Origin: Bacteroidales bacterium
GTDB lineage: Bacteria > Bacteroidota > Bacteroidia > Bacteroidales > UBA10428
NCBI GenBank assembly: GCA_003508755.1
Contig: DNTK01000284.1
Span: 1 to 28,903 of the forward strand
Direction of reading: 5' to 3'
DNA: 28,903 nt
The translations under genes and the position numbers were made by a program. The notes under the pieces are model-generated. The model was not told the origin of the DNA, ran no database searches, and saw nothing but the letters and a program-made list of their open reading frames with translations. Of this stretch, positions 8,480-16,685 are shown piece after piece; the first letter of the stretch is position 1; every line of letters begins with the position of its first letter.

Positions 8480-9364
8480 ATGAAGTTCTTAGTGAGAATC
8501 ATATTTTTATTTTTCATATTAACGGTACCCAGTAGTTTTACCATTAAACGTATCGATTACCGCGAAGGTATGCACAACAATGTGTGCAAGGTTTTAAAAA
8601 ATAATATCCTTGTATACTTTGTTTTTGTCGATACAAGAACTACAGCACCATGGACAGAATACGACATTCGGTCTACCCTGGATTCTATGGATGTCGCAGT
8701 AAGGTGGATTGAAGATCAGGCAAGACAGGCAGGAATACCTCTCAACATTCGCACCGACTATTATATTGGATCTGAATACACCACTGTTCGAAAAAATCTG
8801 GCCTATGGCACCGTAATGGAAACAGCTAAAACTCCCAATACACGGAAAGGATTAGCGGAATTAAATAAATGGGCTGACGGAATAGCTGCGCGTATCGGAA
8901 AAGATGTTCATATCACTACAAAAGATGGTATTCCTGAAATTAAAAATCCAAGAAATAAAGAACGATTGGTAGCCCACCTGCGCGATGTACATCAGCTCGA
9001 AAGTGTCGCCTTGCTTTATCTCGTTAACAATTACTACCGGAACGATATTTCCTTAGCAGTAAATCACATGCACACAAACGATATTGAATTTGCCATCACA
9101 AGCTACAAGTATCCTTCGGTTATTGCACAAAATATTTTAAATCTTTTTGGAGCTGCCGATTTATCAAAAACCCTGTATCGCAAAAATGAGAAAAAAATAA
9201 AGTTAGCCGCGGAATACTTCCCCTACGATATTATGCAGGACGTATATGCAAAAAGCGTTAATGAACTGGAAATTGGTGAGTTTACACAATATCTGATAGG
9301 ATGGAAAGATAAACTTGATCAGAAATACCAGGTATTATTAACCGATGGGTTTGCTAATTTTTAA
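8480..9364 (+). CDS. Exported hypothetical protein, possibly a catalytically degenerate zincin-like fold
   Basis: Signal-like N-terminus MKFLVRIIFLFFILTVPSS. C-terminal SVIAQNILNLFGAADL resembles the AHExLHLFGAxDL zinc-binding context. Confidence 0.75.
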   Translation: MKFLVRIIFLFFILTVPSSFTIKRIDYREGMHNNVCKVLKNNILVYFVFVDTRTTAPWTEYDIRSTLDSMDVAVRWIEDQARQAGIPLNIRTDYYIGSEYTTVRKNLAYGTVMETAKTPNTRKGLAELNKWADGIAARIGKDVHITTKDGIPEIKNPRNKERLVAHLRDVHQLESVALLYLVNNYYRNDISLAVNHMHTNDIEFAITSYKYPSVIAQNILNLFGAADLSKTLYRKNEKKIKLAAEYFPYDIMQDVYAKSVNELEIGEFTQYLIGWKDKLDQKYQVLLTDGFANF

Positions 9365-9479
9365 ATAAAATCGATATTTTCGCAAGCAACAAGCAAATTT
9401 TGGATATAAGAAATAAAATATTAATTTTACTACTAAACAATAAGGAAAACAAGAGTTCCTAACCCCTAAAACACGAATA

Positions 9480-10418
9480 ATGCTACAAAACAACACTATC
9501 TCATCTATCAGCAAGTTATTTGTCGCATTTCTGCTAGTTTTTTCTATATCATCCTGTCAATCAGGACAAAAGAAAACCGACAAAGATATTAGTATCGACG
9601 ATTTCCTAACTGAGGATGTTATTTTTGACGATATTGATAAGGCTAAAAAGATTTTCTATTCATTGCCATCACCACTTGAAACGGCATTAATCATGAAGTC
9701 GGCAGGTGCCAAATATGATCAGGAAATCTTAAATTCGATTGACAATGTGCAGAATTACACAACAAATCGATCCATGGCCTTAAACTTAGGCATTTACACG
9801 ACTGATTTAAGTTTTGCCAGCTTATTTGAACAAACTCAGGCATCAATCGATTACATGGGAGCCGCCCGGGCCATGGCAGAAGGATTGGATATCACCGACG
9901 CCATTAACAGGGATACCATGGAGAAACTTGAAGCCAACCTTAATAACCGTGATGTGGTTATGGATATTATTTCCGAAACTTTCCTTAACTCCAGTTCGTA
10001 TCTAAAGGAAAATGAACGACAGGATGTGGCGGCAATAGTCTTGGTTGGTGGTTGGATTGAAGGCCTTTATCTGGCAGCGGAACTCACGGAAGGACAACCT
10101 GTTAAAAACAATAAGCTTGTTGACAGAATTTTGGAACAAAAATTATCATTAAATATCGTACATCGCTTATTAGAAGATAATAAAACCAAAAATTCCGGTG
10201 AAGTAAATGATGATATTATCGAACTAATTGCCGAGCTTCAGGATTTAAAGTCAGCTTTTGATAAAGTAAATGTTGAAACAACACAACCCTCGGTTGAAGG
10301 TGAAAATGCAGAAGGTGTAGCAAATATTAGATCAAGAACCACTGTAAGTGTTGAACAAGAAGATTTTGTAGCTTTGCAAGCATCAATTGTTAAATTAAGA
10401 ACCAGCTTCGTACAATAA
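9480..10418 (+). CDS. Uncharacterised lipoprotein (mostly helical, Bacteroidota type)
   Basis: Lipobox FSISSC followed by QSGQKK. Conserved-looking blocks LPSPLE, ALNLGIYTTDLSF and GGWIEGLYLA. Confidence 0.82.
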   Translation: MLQNNTISSISKLFVAFLLVFSISSCQSGQKKTDKDISIDDFLTEDVIFDDIDKAKKIFYSLPSPLETALIMKSAGAKYDQEILNSIDNVQNYTTNRSMALNLGIYTTDLSFASLFEQTQASIDYMGAARAMAEGLDITDAINRDTMEKLEANLNNRDVVMDIISETFLNSSSYLKENERQDVAAIVLVGGWIEGLYLAAELTEGQPVKNNKLVDRILEQKLSLNIVHRLLEDNKTKNSGEVNDDIIELIAELQDLKSAFDKVNVETTQPSVEGENAEGVANIRSRTTVSVEQEDFVALQASIVKLRTSFVQ

Positions 10419-10430
10419 ATAAGAAAAACC

Positions 10431-10871
10431 ATGAGAAAAGTTTACCTACTGTTTCTGATAGTTCTCATTGCCGCATTCTCAGCAACAAATAGTTATTCGC
10501 AATGTAAAGGATTTGCAAAAAAGATTTGCAAACTTGAGCTAATGCCTTACATTCACGATGGAGCATACCATGCTGCAATCTTAACTGAAGGAGAGGAAGC
10601 TGAACTATACAAAACCTTCTACAGCGGACAAGACTATCGCATAGCTATATGCGGAACCGATGCATTACCCGATATTGAATTCCAGGTTGTTGATGCTTAC
10701 AAAAATGTGTTGTACGATAATACCAAGAATGATATGTCGCGCATTTGGGATTTTCAACTTGATGCCTCACAAAACTTAAAAATTGCTATAAAAGTGCCGG
10801 TATCCAGCGAGCAAACAGAATACCCGGCGAGTGGCTGTGTAGCCATTATGTTTGGATTTAAAGAAGAATAA
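10431..10871 (+). CDS. Small secreted protein with 4 Cys, predicted beta-sandwich
   Basis: Sec signal ending SYS-Q, 12 nt after the lipoprotein stop and followed by a strong terminator. Confidence 0.82.
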   Translation: MRKVYLLFLIVLIAAFSATNSYSQCKGFAKKICKLELMPYIHDGAYHAAILTEGEEAELYKTFYSGQDYRIAICGTDALPDIEFQVVDAYKNVLYDNTKNDMSRIWDFQLDASQNLKIAIKVPVSSEQTEYPASGCVAIMFGFKEE

Positions 10872-10893
10872 CAAAACTTATCTACCATATAAC

Positions 10894-10924
10894 AAACCCG
10901 ATTCTTGACAGAATCGGGTTTTTT
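10894..10924 (+). terminator. Intrinsic terminator
   Basis: AAACCCGATTCT-TGAC-AGAATCGGGTTT followed by TTT. Confidence 0.88.
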
Positions 10925-11013
10925 ATTGCATGAAGCAAAATAATTGGCATGAAAAATGAATAACCTAATTCTTTTTTTTACGTTACTAATTAAAACACAT
11001 AAAACACGAAACA

Positions 11014-11832
11014 ATGAGAAAGATAATAAGCTCGATTTCAATAATTGCATTACTGCTTACCAGCTGCGAATGGCTTGATGAGAATCTGCCTGCCGCCCTC
11101 AGCGAGGAAGAAGTTATAGAAGGATTGAAAACAGCACTGGAAATAGGTGCCGATTCAGCTTCATCTTCTCTATCTGTATTAAACGGATATTATGGCGATG
11201 CACTGGTAAAGATTCCATTGCCTCAAGAAGCCGAATCGGTTCGTAATATGATCAATGGAAACTCTACACTTGCCAGCATTAGCGATTTGGTAGGACTGGA
11301 TGATGCTTTTGAGAACGTTATTGTTGCTGTGAATCGTGCCGCCGAAGATGCTGCCAGAGAAGCCACACCAATATTTGTTGATGCCATTACAGATATGACT
11401 ATTTCTGATGGCTGGGATATATTAAATGGTGTTGTCCCGGCATCTTCTTTTAAAAATTCAGGAGATTTTGATTCAACTGCAGCAACTCAATACCTAATGA
11501 ACCAAACATATAATCCACTTACGAATTTGTATGCACCAAAAATTAATGCTTCGCTTGACAAAACCTTAATTGGTGACAAATCGGCTGTAGATATCTGGAG
11601 AGACCTTACCGGAACTTACAACAACTTTGTTGGACGTACTGATGTAACGATCGCCCTGACACTTTCTGGTATTGACCTCCCTTCAAACATCAATGATGAT
11701 TTGGGTGAGTTTTCAACACAAAAGGCTCTCGACGGTATATATTATAAAGTGGGCGAAGAAGAAAAGAAAATACGTCGCAATCCGTTTGAATGGGCATTAG
11801 ACATCTTGCACAGAGTGTTTGGCAATTTATAA
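11014..11832 (+). CDS. DUF4197 family lipoprotein
   Basis: Lipobox LLLTSC. LSEEEVIEGLKTALEIG, VKIPLP, NRAAEDAA, FVDAITDMTISD and EEEKKIRRNP match my recollection of DUF4197. Confidence 0.87.
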   Translation: MRKIISSISIIALLLTSCEWLDENLPAALSEEEVIEGLKTALEIGADSASSSLSVLNGYYGDALVKIPLPQEAESVRNMINGNSTLASISDLVGLDDAFENVIVAVNRAAEDAAREATPIFVDAITDMTISDGWDILNGVVPASSFKNSGDFDSTAATQYLMNQTYNPLTNLYAPKINASLDKTLIGDKSAVDIWRDLTGTYNNFVGRTDVTIALTLSGIDLPSNINDDLGEFSTQKALDGIYYKVGEEEKKIRRNPFEWALDILHRVFGNL

Positions 11833-11858
11833 AATACCTAACCACTATTATATTTACT

Positions 11859-11888
11859 GGCGTTGCAGTTATTGGCAACGCCTTTTTT
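11859..11888 (+). terminator. Intrinsic terminator between the convergent DUF4197 and amn genes
   Basis: GGCGTTGC-AGTTATTG-GCAACGCC-TTTTTT. Confidence 0.82.
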
Positions 11889-11899
11889 ATGATATGCTA

Positions 11900-12670
11900 T
11901 TAAAACCTTAGGTGCTTTACCGATAGACCATGATCGCGGATCTCAATCAATGCATCTACGCCAATCTTAATTTGTGTTTCTACATAATTATTAGTAACGA
12001 GCTTGTCACTATCATCTGTTTTAACGCCTTCGGGTGTCATGGGTTGATCGGAAACCAAGAGCAATGACCCTGTTGGTATCTCATTCGTAAAACCTGTAAT
12101 AAAAATGGTTGCTGTTTCCATATCGATGCCCATAGCTCTTACAGAACGCAAATAGTTTTTGAATTCAGTGTCGTATTCCCATACTCTTCTGTTGGTTGTG
12201 TATATGGTCCCGGTCCAGTAATCGCATTGAAATTTACGAATGGTATTTGATACTGCTTTTTGCAGACTAAATGCCGGTAAAGCAGGCACCTCCGAAGGAA
12301 GGTAGTCGTTGGAAGTACCTTCCCCTCTTATTGCTGCAATGGGAAGTATAAAATCACCCAGTTTATTCTTCTTTTTTAACCCGCCGCATTTTCCCAAAAA
12401 TAATACAGCCTTCGGCTCAATAGCACTTAATAAGTCCATTATTGTGGCAGCATTGGCACTTCCCATGCCAAAATTTATCATAGTTATATCGCCTCTGGTA
12501 ACACTTGGCATATTTGTATCCTCGCCTTGAATACTTACCTGGTGCATTTCTGCAAAAATTTCGAGGTACTTGTTGAAATTTGTAAGAAGTATAAATTTCC
12601 CGAAATCTTCCAGTGGAATACCGGTGTATCGCGGAAGCCAGTTACTCACTATATCGTGTTTGGTTTTCAT
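11900..12670 (-). CDS. amn: AMP nucleosidase, short Bacteroidota type (PNP/UDP family)
   Basis: MKTKHDIVSNWLPRYTG, INFGMGSANAATIMDLL, FLGKCGGL and IDMETAT. Start placed at ATG 12670 (the track starts at GTG 12676). Confidence 0.9.
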   Translation of the reverse strand: MKTKHDIVSNWLPRYTGIPLEDFGKFILLTNFNKYLEIFAEMHQVSIQGEDTNMPSVTRGDITMINFGMGSANAATIMDLLSAIEPKAVLFLGKCGGLKKKNKLGDFILPIAAIRGEGTSNDYLPSEVPALPAFSLQKAVSNTIRKFQCDYWTGTIYTTNRRVWEYDTEFKNYLRSVRAMGIDMETATIFITGFTNEIPTGSLLLVSDQPMTPEGVKTDDSDKLVTNNYVETQIKIGVDALIEIRDHGLSVKHLRF

Positions 12671-12690
12671 AGGCACATTAAAATAATGGG

Positions 12691-15477
12691 TTATAGTTTT
12701 TCTTTTATGTATTTACCTGTATATGATTTCTGTTCGTTTACAATTTTTTCCGGTATTCCCTCGAATACAATATATCCACCTCCATCGCCACCTTCCGGAC
12801 CCAGATCAATAATCCAATCGGCACTTTTTATTACTTCAAGGTTATGCTCAATAATAACTATTGAGTGGCCTTTTTCGATTAAAGCATTAAAAGCCTCAAG
12901 TAATTTACGAATATCATGAAAATGCAATCCGGTGGTTGGTTCATCAAAAATAAATAAAGTAGGAGTTGCTTTTTCATGCGATAAAAACGATGCCAGTTTC
13001 ACACGTTGGCTTTCACCTCCGCTCAAGGTGCTCGACGACTGGCCAAGCTTCACATACCCCAATCCTACATCCGACAATGGCCGCAGCTTTTCTGTTATTT
13101 TCTTTTCAACCCCGCTTGTTTTCTTTCCAAAAAATTCAATCGCCTCATTCACTGTCATTTCGAGTACATCGTGTATATTTTTTCTATTGTACTTCACTTC
13201 CAGCACATCTTCTTTAAACCGCTTACCATGGCAATGCTCGCATGTTAATACAATATCGGCCATAAACTGCATTTCAACCTTAATGGTGCCCTCACCCTGG
13301 CATTCTTCACAGCGACCACCTTCTACATTAAAAGAAAAATGGGATGGTTTATATCCGTTGTATTTGGCATATTGCTGCTGCGAAAAGAGTTTGCGAATTT
13401 CGTCATAGGCTTTAAGGTAAGTTACCGGATTTGATCGGGATGACTTACCTATGGGATTCTGATCAACAAACTCAACATGAGAAATCGTATTGATGTCGCC
13501 AGTCAGCCTTGAATATTTTCCTGATTTTTCGCCATAACCATTAATGATTTTAGAGATAGCAGGAAACAATACCCCTTTAATGAGTGATGACTTTCCACTG
13601 CCACTTACTCCAGTAACTACCGTCATTATATTTAGTGGTATCTTTACATCAATGCCTTTTAGGTTATTTTCGTAAGCCCCTAAAATATCAATAGAATTAT
13701 TCCACTTTCGTCTGCGGATTGGCAACTCAATTTGTTCCTCTCCGGTTAAATATTTTGCTGTGTAGCCATCCTTTGCCTTCTTAATTTTATCGTAAGGACC
13801 AGAATATACAATATGGCCACCCAAGCGCCCTGCTCCGGGACCAATATCAATGATATCATCTGCAGCCCGTATTATTTCTTCTTCGTGTTCAACTAATAAA
13901 ATGGTATTTCCTGTTTCCTGCAGTTGTTTCAGTACTTTTACAAGTTTGTGTGTATCGCGTGGGTGCAACCCTATGCTGGGTTCGTCCAATACATAAAGTG
14001 AGCCTACAAGTGCACTGCCTAATATGGTGGCCAGATTAATACGCTGAGATTCTCCTCCGGATAATGATGCTGAAAGCCTGTTGAGTGTCAGATAACCTAA
14101 GCCTACATTGCATAAGTATTCTAAACGACTTTGAATTTCTGTAATAAGGCGCTTTCCCACCTGGAGCTCATAATCGGAAAACGCAAACCTATTAAATTTT
14201 TCTTGAAGTTTTTCAACCGGGATATCCACCAACTCGGGTAGTGAAATACCGTTTATTCGAACGTACGACGCCTCTTTCCTTAAGCGTTGCCCATGGCATT
14301 CCGGACATGTTGTTCGGCCCCTGTAGCGCGACAACATAACCCGGTACTGAATCTTGTACTTGTTCTCCTCAAGCATTCTGAAGAAACCATCCAGTCCTTC
14401 GAAATATTCATTCCCTGTCCATAATAACCGGCGTTGCTCCTCGGTTAATTGATAAATGGGTTTGTGAATCGGAAAATTAAATTTATCGGCATTGTAAACA
14501 AGTTCGTTCTTGTATTCCGACATCTTTTCCCCCCTCCAACAAACAATTGCTTCATCATAAACCGATTTGTTTTTATCAGGAATTACTAAATCTTCGTCGA
14601 TGCCAATTACTTTCCCATATCCTTCGCACACGGGACAAGCTCCCAGGGGATTATTAAAACTAAACAGATGCACGGTAGGTTCTTCGAAGCTCATGTTATC
14701 ACGTTCAAACAAGTTCGAAAAATTATGGGAAGTCATTCGGTTGTTTGCTTCGACCTGAATTACACATGCACCATCGCCCAGACGAAATGCATCCTGAACA
14801 GAGTCGGCATACCGACTAATCGAATCTTCATCGGTTTGGACCGAAACACGGTCGATAACAACATAGAATTCCTTCGCATCAGCAACTTGCTTTTCATCCA
14901 ACTCTTTTGTTTTATATACCTTCGAATCGATCTCCACACGGCCAATTCCTAAATGTTTTAAATCGGTAAGCAGCTGGTGGGCATCCAGGTTTTTAAAATC
15001 GCCGTATGGAGAAAGAATAATTATCCGGGTTTCAGCCTTTAAACGAGTAATAAAATCAACAACATCAGTAACGGTATCCTTTTTTACTTCTTTATTGGAA
15101 ACGGGTGAATATGTTCGACCAATACGTGCATATAAAAGCTTCAGGTAGTCATAAATCTCCGTTGAAGTACCAACTGTTGAGCGTGGATTCCGGGTGTTTA
15201 CTTTTTGCTCGATAGCAATGGCCGGTGGCAGTCCATTGATATAGTCCACCTCTGGTTTATTCATCCGCCCTAAAAATTGTCTCGCATAGGAAGAGAGGCT
15301 TTCTACATACCTGCGTTGTCCCTCTGCATATATGGTATCAAATGCAAGACTCGATTTTCCGGAACCAGAAAGACCGGTTACTACCGTAAAACTATTACGC
15401 GGAATAACAACATCTATATTTTTAAGATTGTGAACCCGGGCCCCTCTAACTTCAATATTTTTTTTCTGAAGTGGCAT
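12691..15477 (-). CDS. uvrA: Excinuclease ABC subunit A (Bacteroidota UvrA paralogue)
   Basis: [10 protein letters not shown], two Walker A motifs ([16 protein letters not shown]), two LSGGE signatures and four CxxC pairs. Confidence 0.96.
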   Translation of the reverse strand: MPLQKKNIEVRGARVHNLKNIDVVIPRNSFTVVTGLSGSGKSSLAFDTIYAEGQRRYVESLSSYARQFLGRMNKPEVDYINGLPPAIAIEQKVNTRNPRSTVGTSTEIYDYLKLLYARIGRTYSPVSNKEVKKDTVTDVVDFITRLKAETRIIILSPYGDFKNLDAHQLLTDLKHLGIGRVEIDSKVYKTKELDEKQVADAKEFYVVIDRVSVQTDEDSISRYADSVQDAFRLGDGACVIQVEANNRMTSHNFSNLFERDNMSFEEPTVHLFSFNNPLGACPVCEGYGKVIGIDEDLVIPDKNKSVYDEAIVCWRGEKMSEYKNELVYNADKFNFPIHKPIYQLTEEQRRLLWTGNEYFEGLDGFFRMLEENKYKIQYRVMLSRYRGRTTCPECHGQRLRKEASYVRINGISLPELVDIPVEKLQEKFNRFAFSDYELQVGKRLITEIQSRLEYLCNVGLGYLTLNRLSASLSGGESQRINLATILGSALVGSLYVLDEPSIGLHPRDTHKLVKVLKQLQETGNTILLVEHEEEIIRAADDIIDIGPGAGRLGGHIVYSGPYDKIKKAKDGYTAKYLTGEEQIELPIRRRKWNNSIDILGAYENNLKGIDVKIPLNIMTVVTGVSGSGKSSLIKGVLFPAISKIINGYGEKSGKYSRLTGDINTISHVEFVDQNPIGKSSRSNPVTYLKAYDEIRKLFSQQQYAKYNGYKPSHFSFNVEGGRCEECQGEGTIKVEMQFMADIVLTCEHCHGKRFKEDVLEVKYNRKNIHDVLEMTVNEAIEFFGKKTSGVEKKITEKLRPLSDVGLGYVKLGQSSSTLSGGESQRVKLASFLSHEKATPTLFIFDEPTTGLHFHDIRKLLEAFNALIEKGHSIVIIEHNLEVIKSADWIIDLGPEGGDGGGYIVFEGIPEKIVNEQKSYTGKYIKEKL

Positions 15478-15529
15478 ATATTTTGAGCGTATTAGAAGCT
15501 AATTAATATTTTTTTTCGAAAATTCCATG

Positions 15530-15537
15530 CAAAGTTA
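15530..15537 (-). promoter_or_regulatory. -7 box (TAACTTTG) for uvrA-amn
   Basis: Exact TAnnTTTG match 52 nt upstream of the uvrA ATG. Confidence 0.68.
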
Positions 15538-15640
15538 TTTGAATAAAGCAAAAAAAGTATTTAATTGCAGTCTAATTATTGAATCACCAAAAACAGATTG
15601 CCTATAGAGACACGTCTACTTCACTATTAATTAACATATC

Positions 15641-15647
15641 AGGAGGT
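15641..15647 (+). promoter_or_regulatory. Shine-Dalgarno-like AGGAGGT before the ECF sigma GTG start
   Basis: AGGAGGT-AGTT-GTG. Confidence 0.55.
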
Positions 15648-15651
15648 AGTT

Positions 15652-16242
15652 GTGATACATCAGGATCGGAATGATTTTGAGCTTGTGCAGGATTTCCTTA
15701 GGGGCAATCAATCAAGTCTAGAAGTTTTAATCAACAGGTATAGACAAAAGGTTTATACGTATATTCTATTTAACGTTAAAGATGCACATTTAGCAGAAGA
15801 CATCTTTCAGGACACCTTTATCAAGGTTATCAGGTCGTTGAAGAATGGGAAATACAAAGACAACGGCAAATTTCTCTCATGGGTTATGCGTATTGCGCAC
15901 AACTTAATCATCGATTATTACCGGAAGGAAAAACAACTCAATGCAATATCTAACGATAACTATGAGACTGATTTATTCAACAGTCAAAAGCTATCGGAAA
16001 AAACAGTTGAGGAAAATATTATCAACGAACAAGTTGTCAGGGATGTCAGAAGTCTCATAAAGGAACTCCCTTTTGACCAGAAAGAGGTAATAATTCTAAG
16101 ACATTATTGCAATTTTAGCTTTAAAGAAATTGCAGAATATACCGATGTTAGTATAAACACAGCACTGGGTAGAATGCGCTATGCGCTCATCAATCTGCGA
16201 AAGCTGATTGAAGAAAAAAATCTAAATCTGAACTTAGCGTAG
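15652..16242 (+). CDS. ECF-type sigma-70 family RNA polymerase sigma factor
   Basis: Region 2 AEDIFQDTFIKV...FLSWVMRIAHNLIIDYYRK. Region 4 LPFDQKEVIILRHYCNFSFKEIA...SINTALGRMRYALINLRK. 196 aa, GTG start. Confidence 0.94.
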   Translation: MIHQDRNDFELVQDFLRGNQSSLEVLINRYRQKVYTYILFNVKDAHLAEDIFQDTFIKVIRSLKNGKYKDNGKFLSWVMRIAHNLIIDYYRKEKQLNAISNDNYETDLFNSQKLSEKTVEENIINEQVVRDVRSLIKELPFDQKEVIILRHYCNFSFKEIAEYTDVSINTALGRMRYALINLRKLIEEKNLNLNLA

Positions 16243-16288
16243 TTCATAAAGAGAAAGTTTAACCAAGTTGAGTTTTTTGAAAAAAAAC

Positions 16289-16315
16289 AACAATATTTTT
16301 TTCATCTAGGCGTTA
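16289..16315 (+). promoter_or_regulatory. Candidate ECF-type promoter AAC-N19-CGTTA
   Basis: AAC at 16289-16291, 19-nt T-rich spacer, CGTTA at 16311-16315, about 40 nt before the small ORF. Confidence 0.4.
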
Positions 16316-16353
16316 TAGTGGTGTGAATTAAATCATTAATAATATAACCCACA

Positions 16354-16557
16354 ATGATGCCTATGAATAAAACATCTACTCTTGTTTATTCTATACATAA
16401 TGTTGGTTCCAAAGCGTCAGTTGATTTATTTTCAGCAGATACTTTTGATGTTATTGCCAAGCATCACGACTTAAGCAGACTTCCTGGCCCTGTAAAACTG
16501 GTCGACGTTCGACAGCAGGTGGTTGATAATATCTTAAGCATAGCTAAATCGTTATAA
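16354..16557 (+). CDS. Small hypothetical protein downstream of the ECF sigma
   Basis: A-rich ATG context and directly followed by a terminator. The tail VRQQVVDNILSIAKSL resembles small Bacteroidota proteins I recall next to this sigma type. Start could be 16354, 16357 or 16363. Confidence 0.65.
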   Translation: MMPMNKTSTLVYSIHNVGSKASVDLFSADTFDVIAKHHDLSRLPGPVKLVDVRQQVVDNILSIAKSL

Positions 16558-16578
16558 CATCTGGTTGTATAGAATTTT

Positions 16579-16607
16579 AAAATCCCGGTCGGAAGCCGGG
16601 ATTTTTT
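16579..16607 (+). terminator. Intrinsic terminator
   Basis: AAAATCCCGG-TCGGAAG-CCGGGATTTT followed by TT. Confidence 0.87.
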
Positions 16608-16685
16608 ATGATATATGCTTTTTTTAATTTCCTGTAATTTGGGTAGTTTAATGCCCCAGCAACGAATCAAAAATTATCTTGTAAA

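Noticed and set aside
15513-15522. TTTTCGAAAA palindrome in the uvrA leader
   Set aside because: Low complexity and expected in AT-rich DNA.
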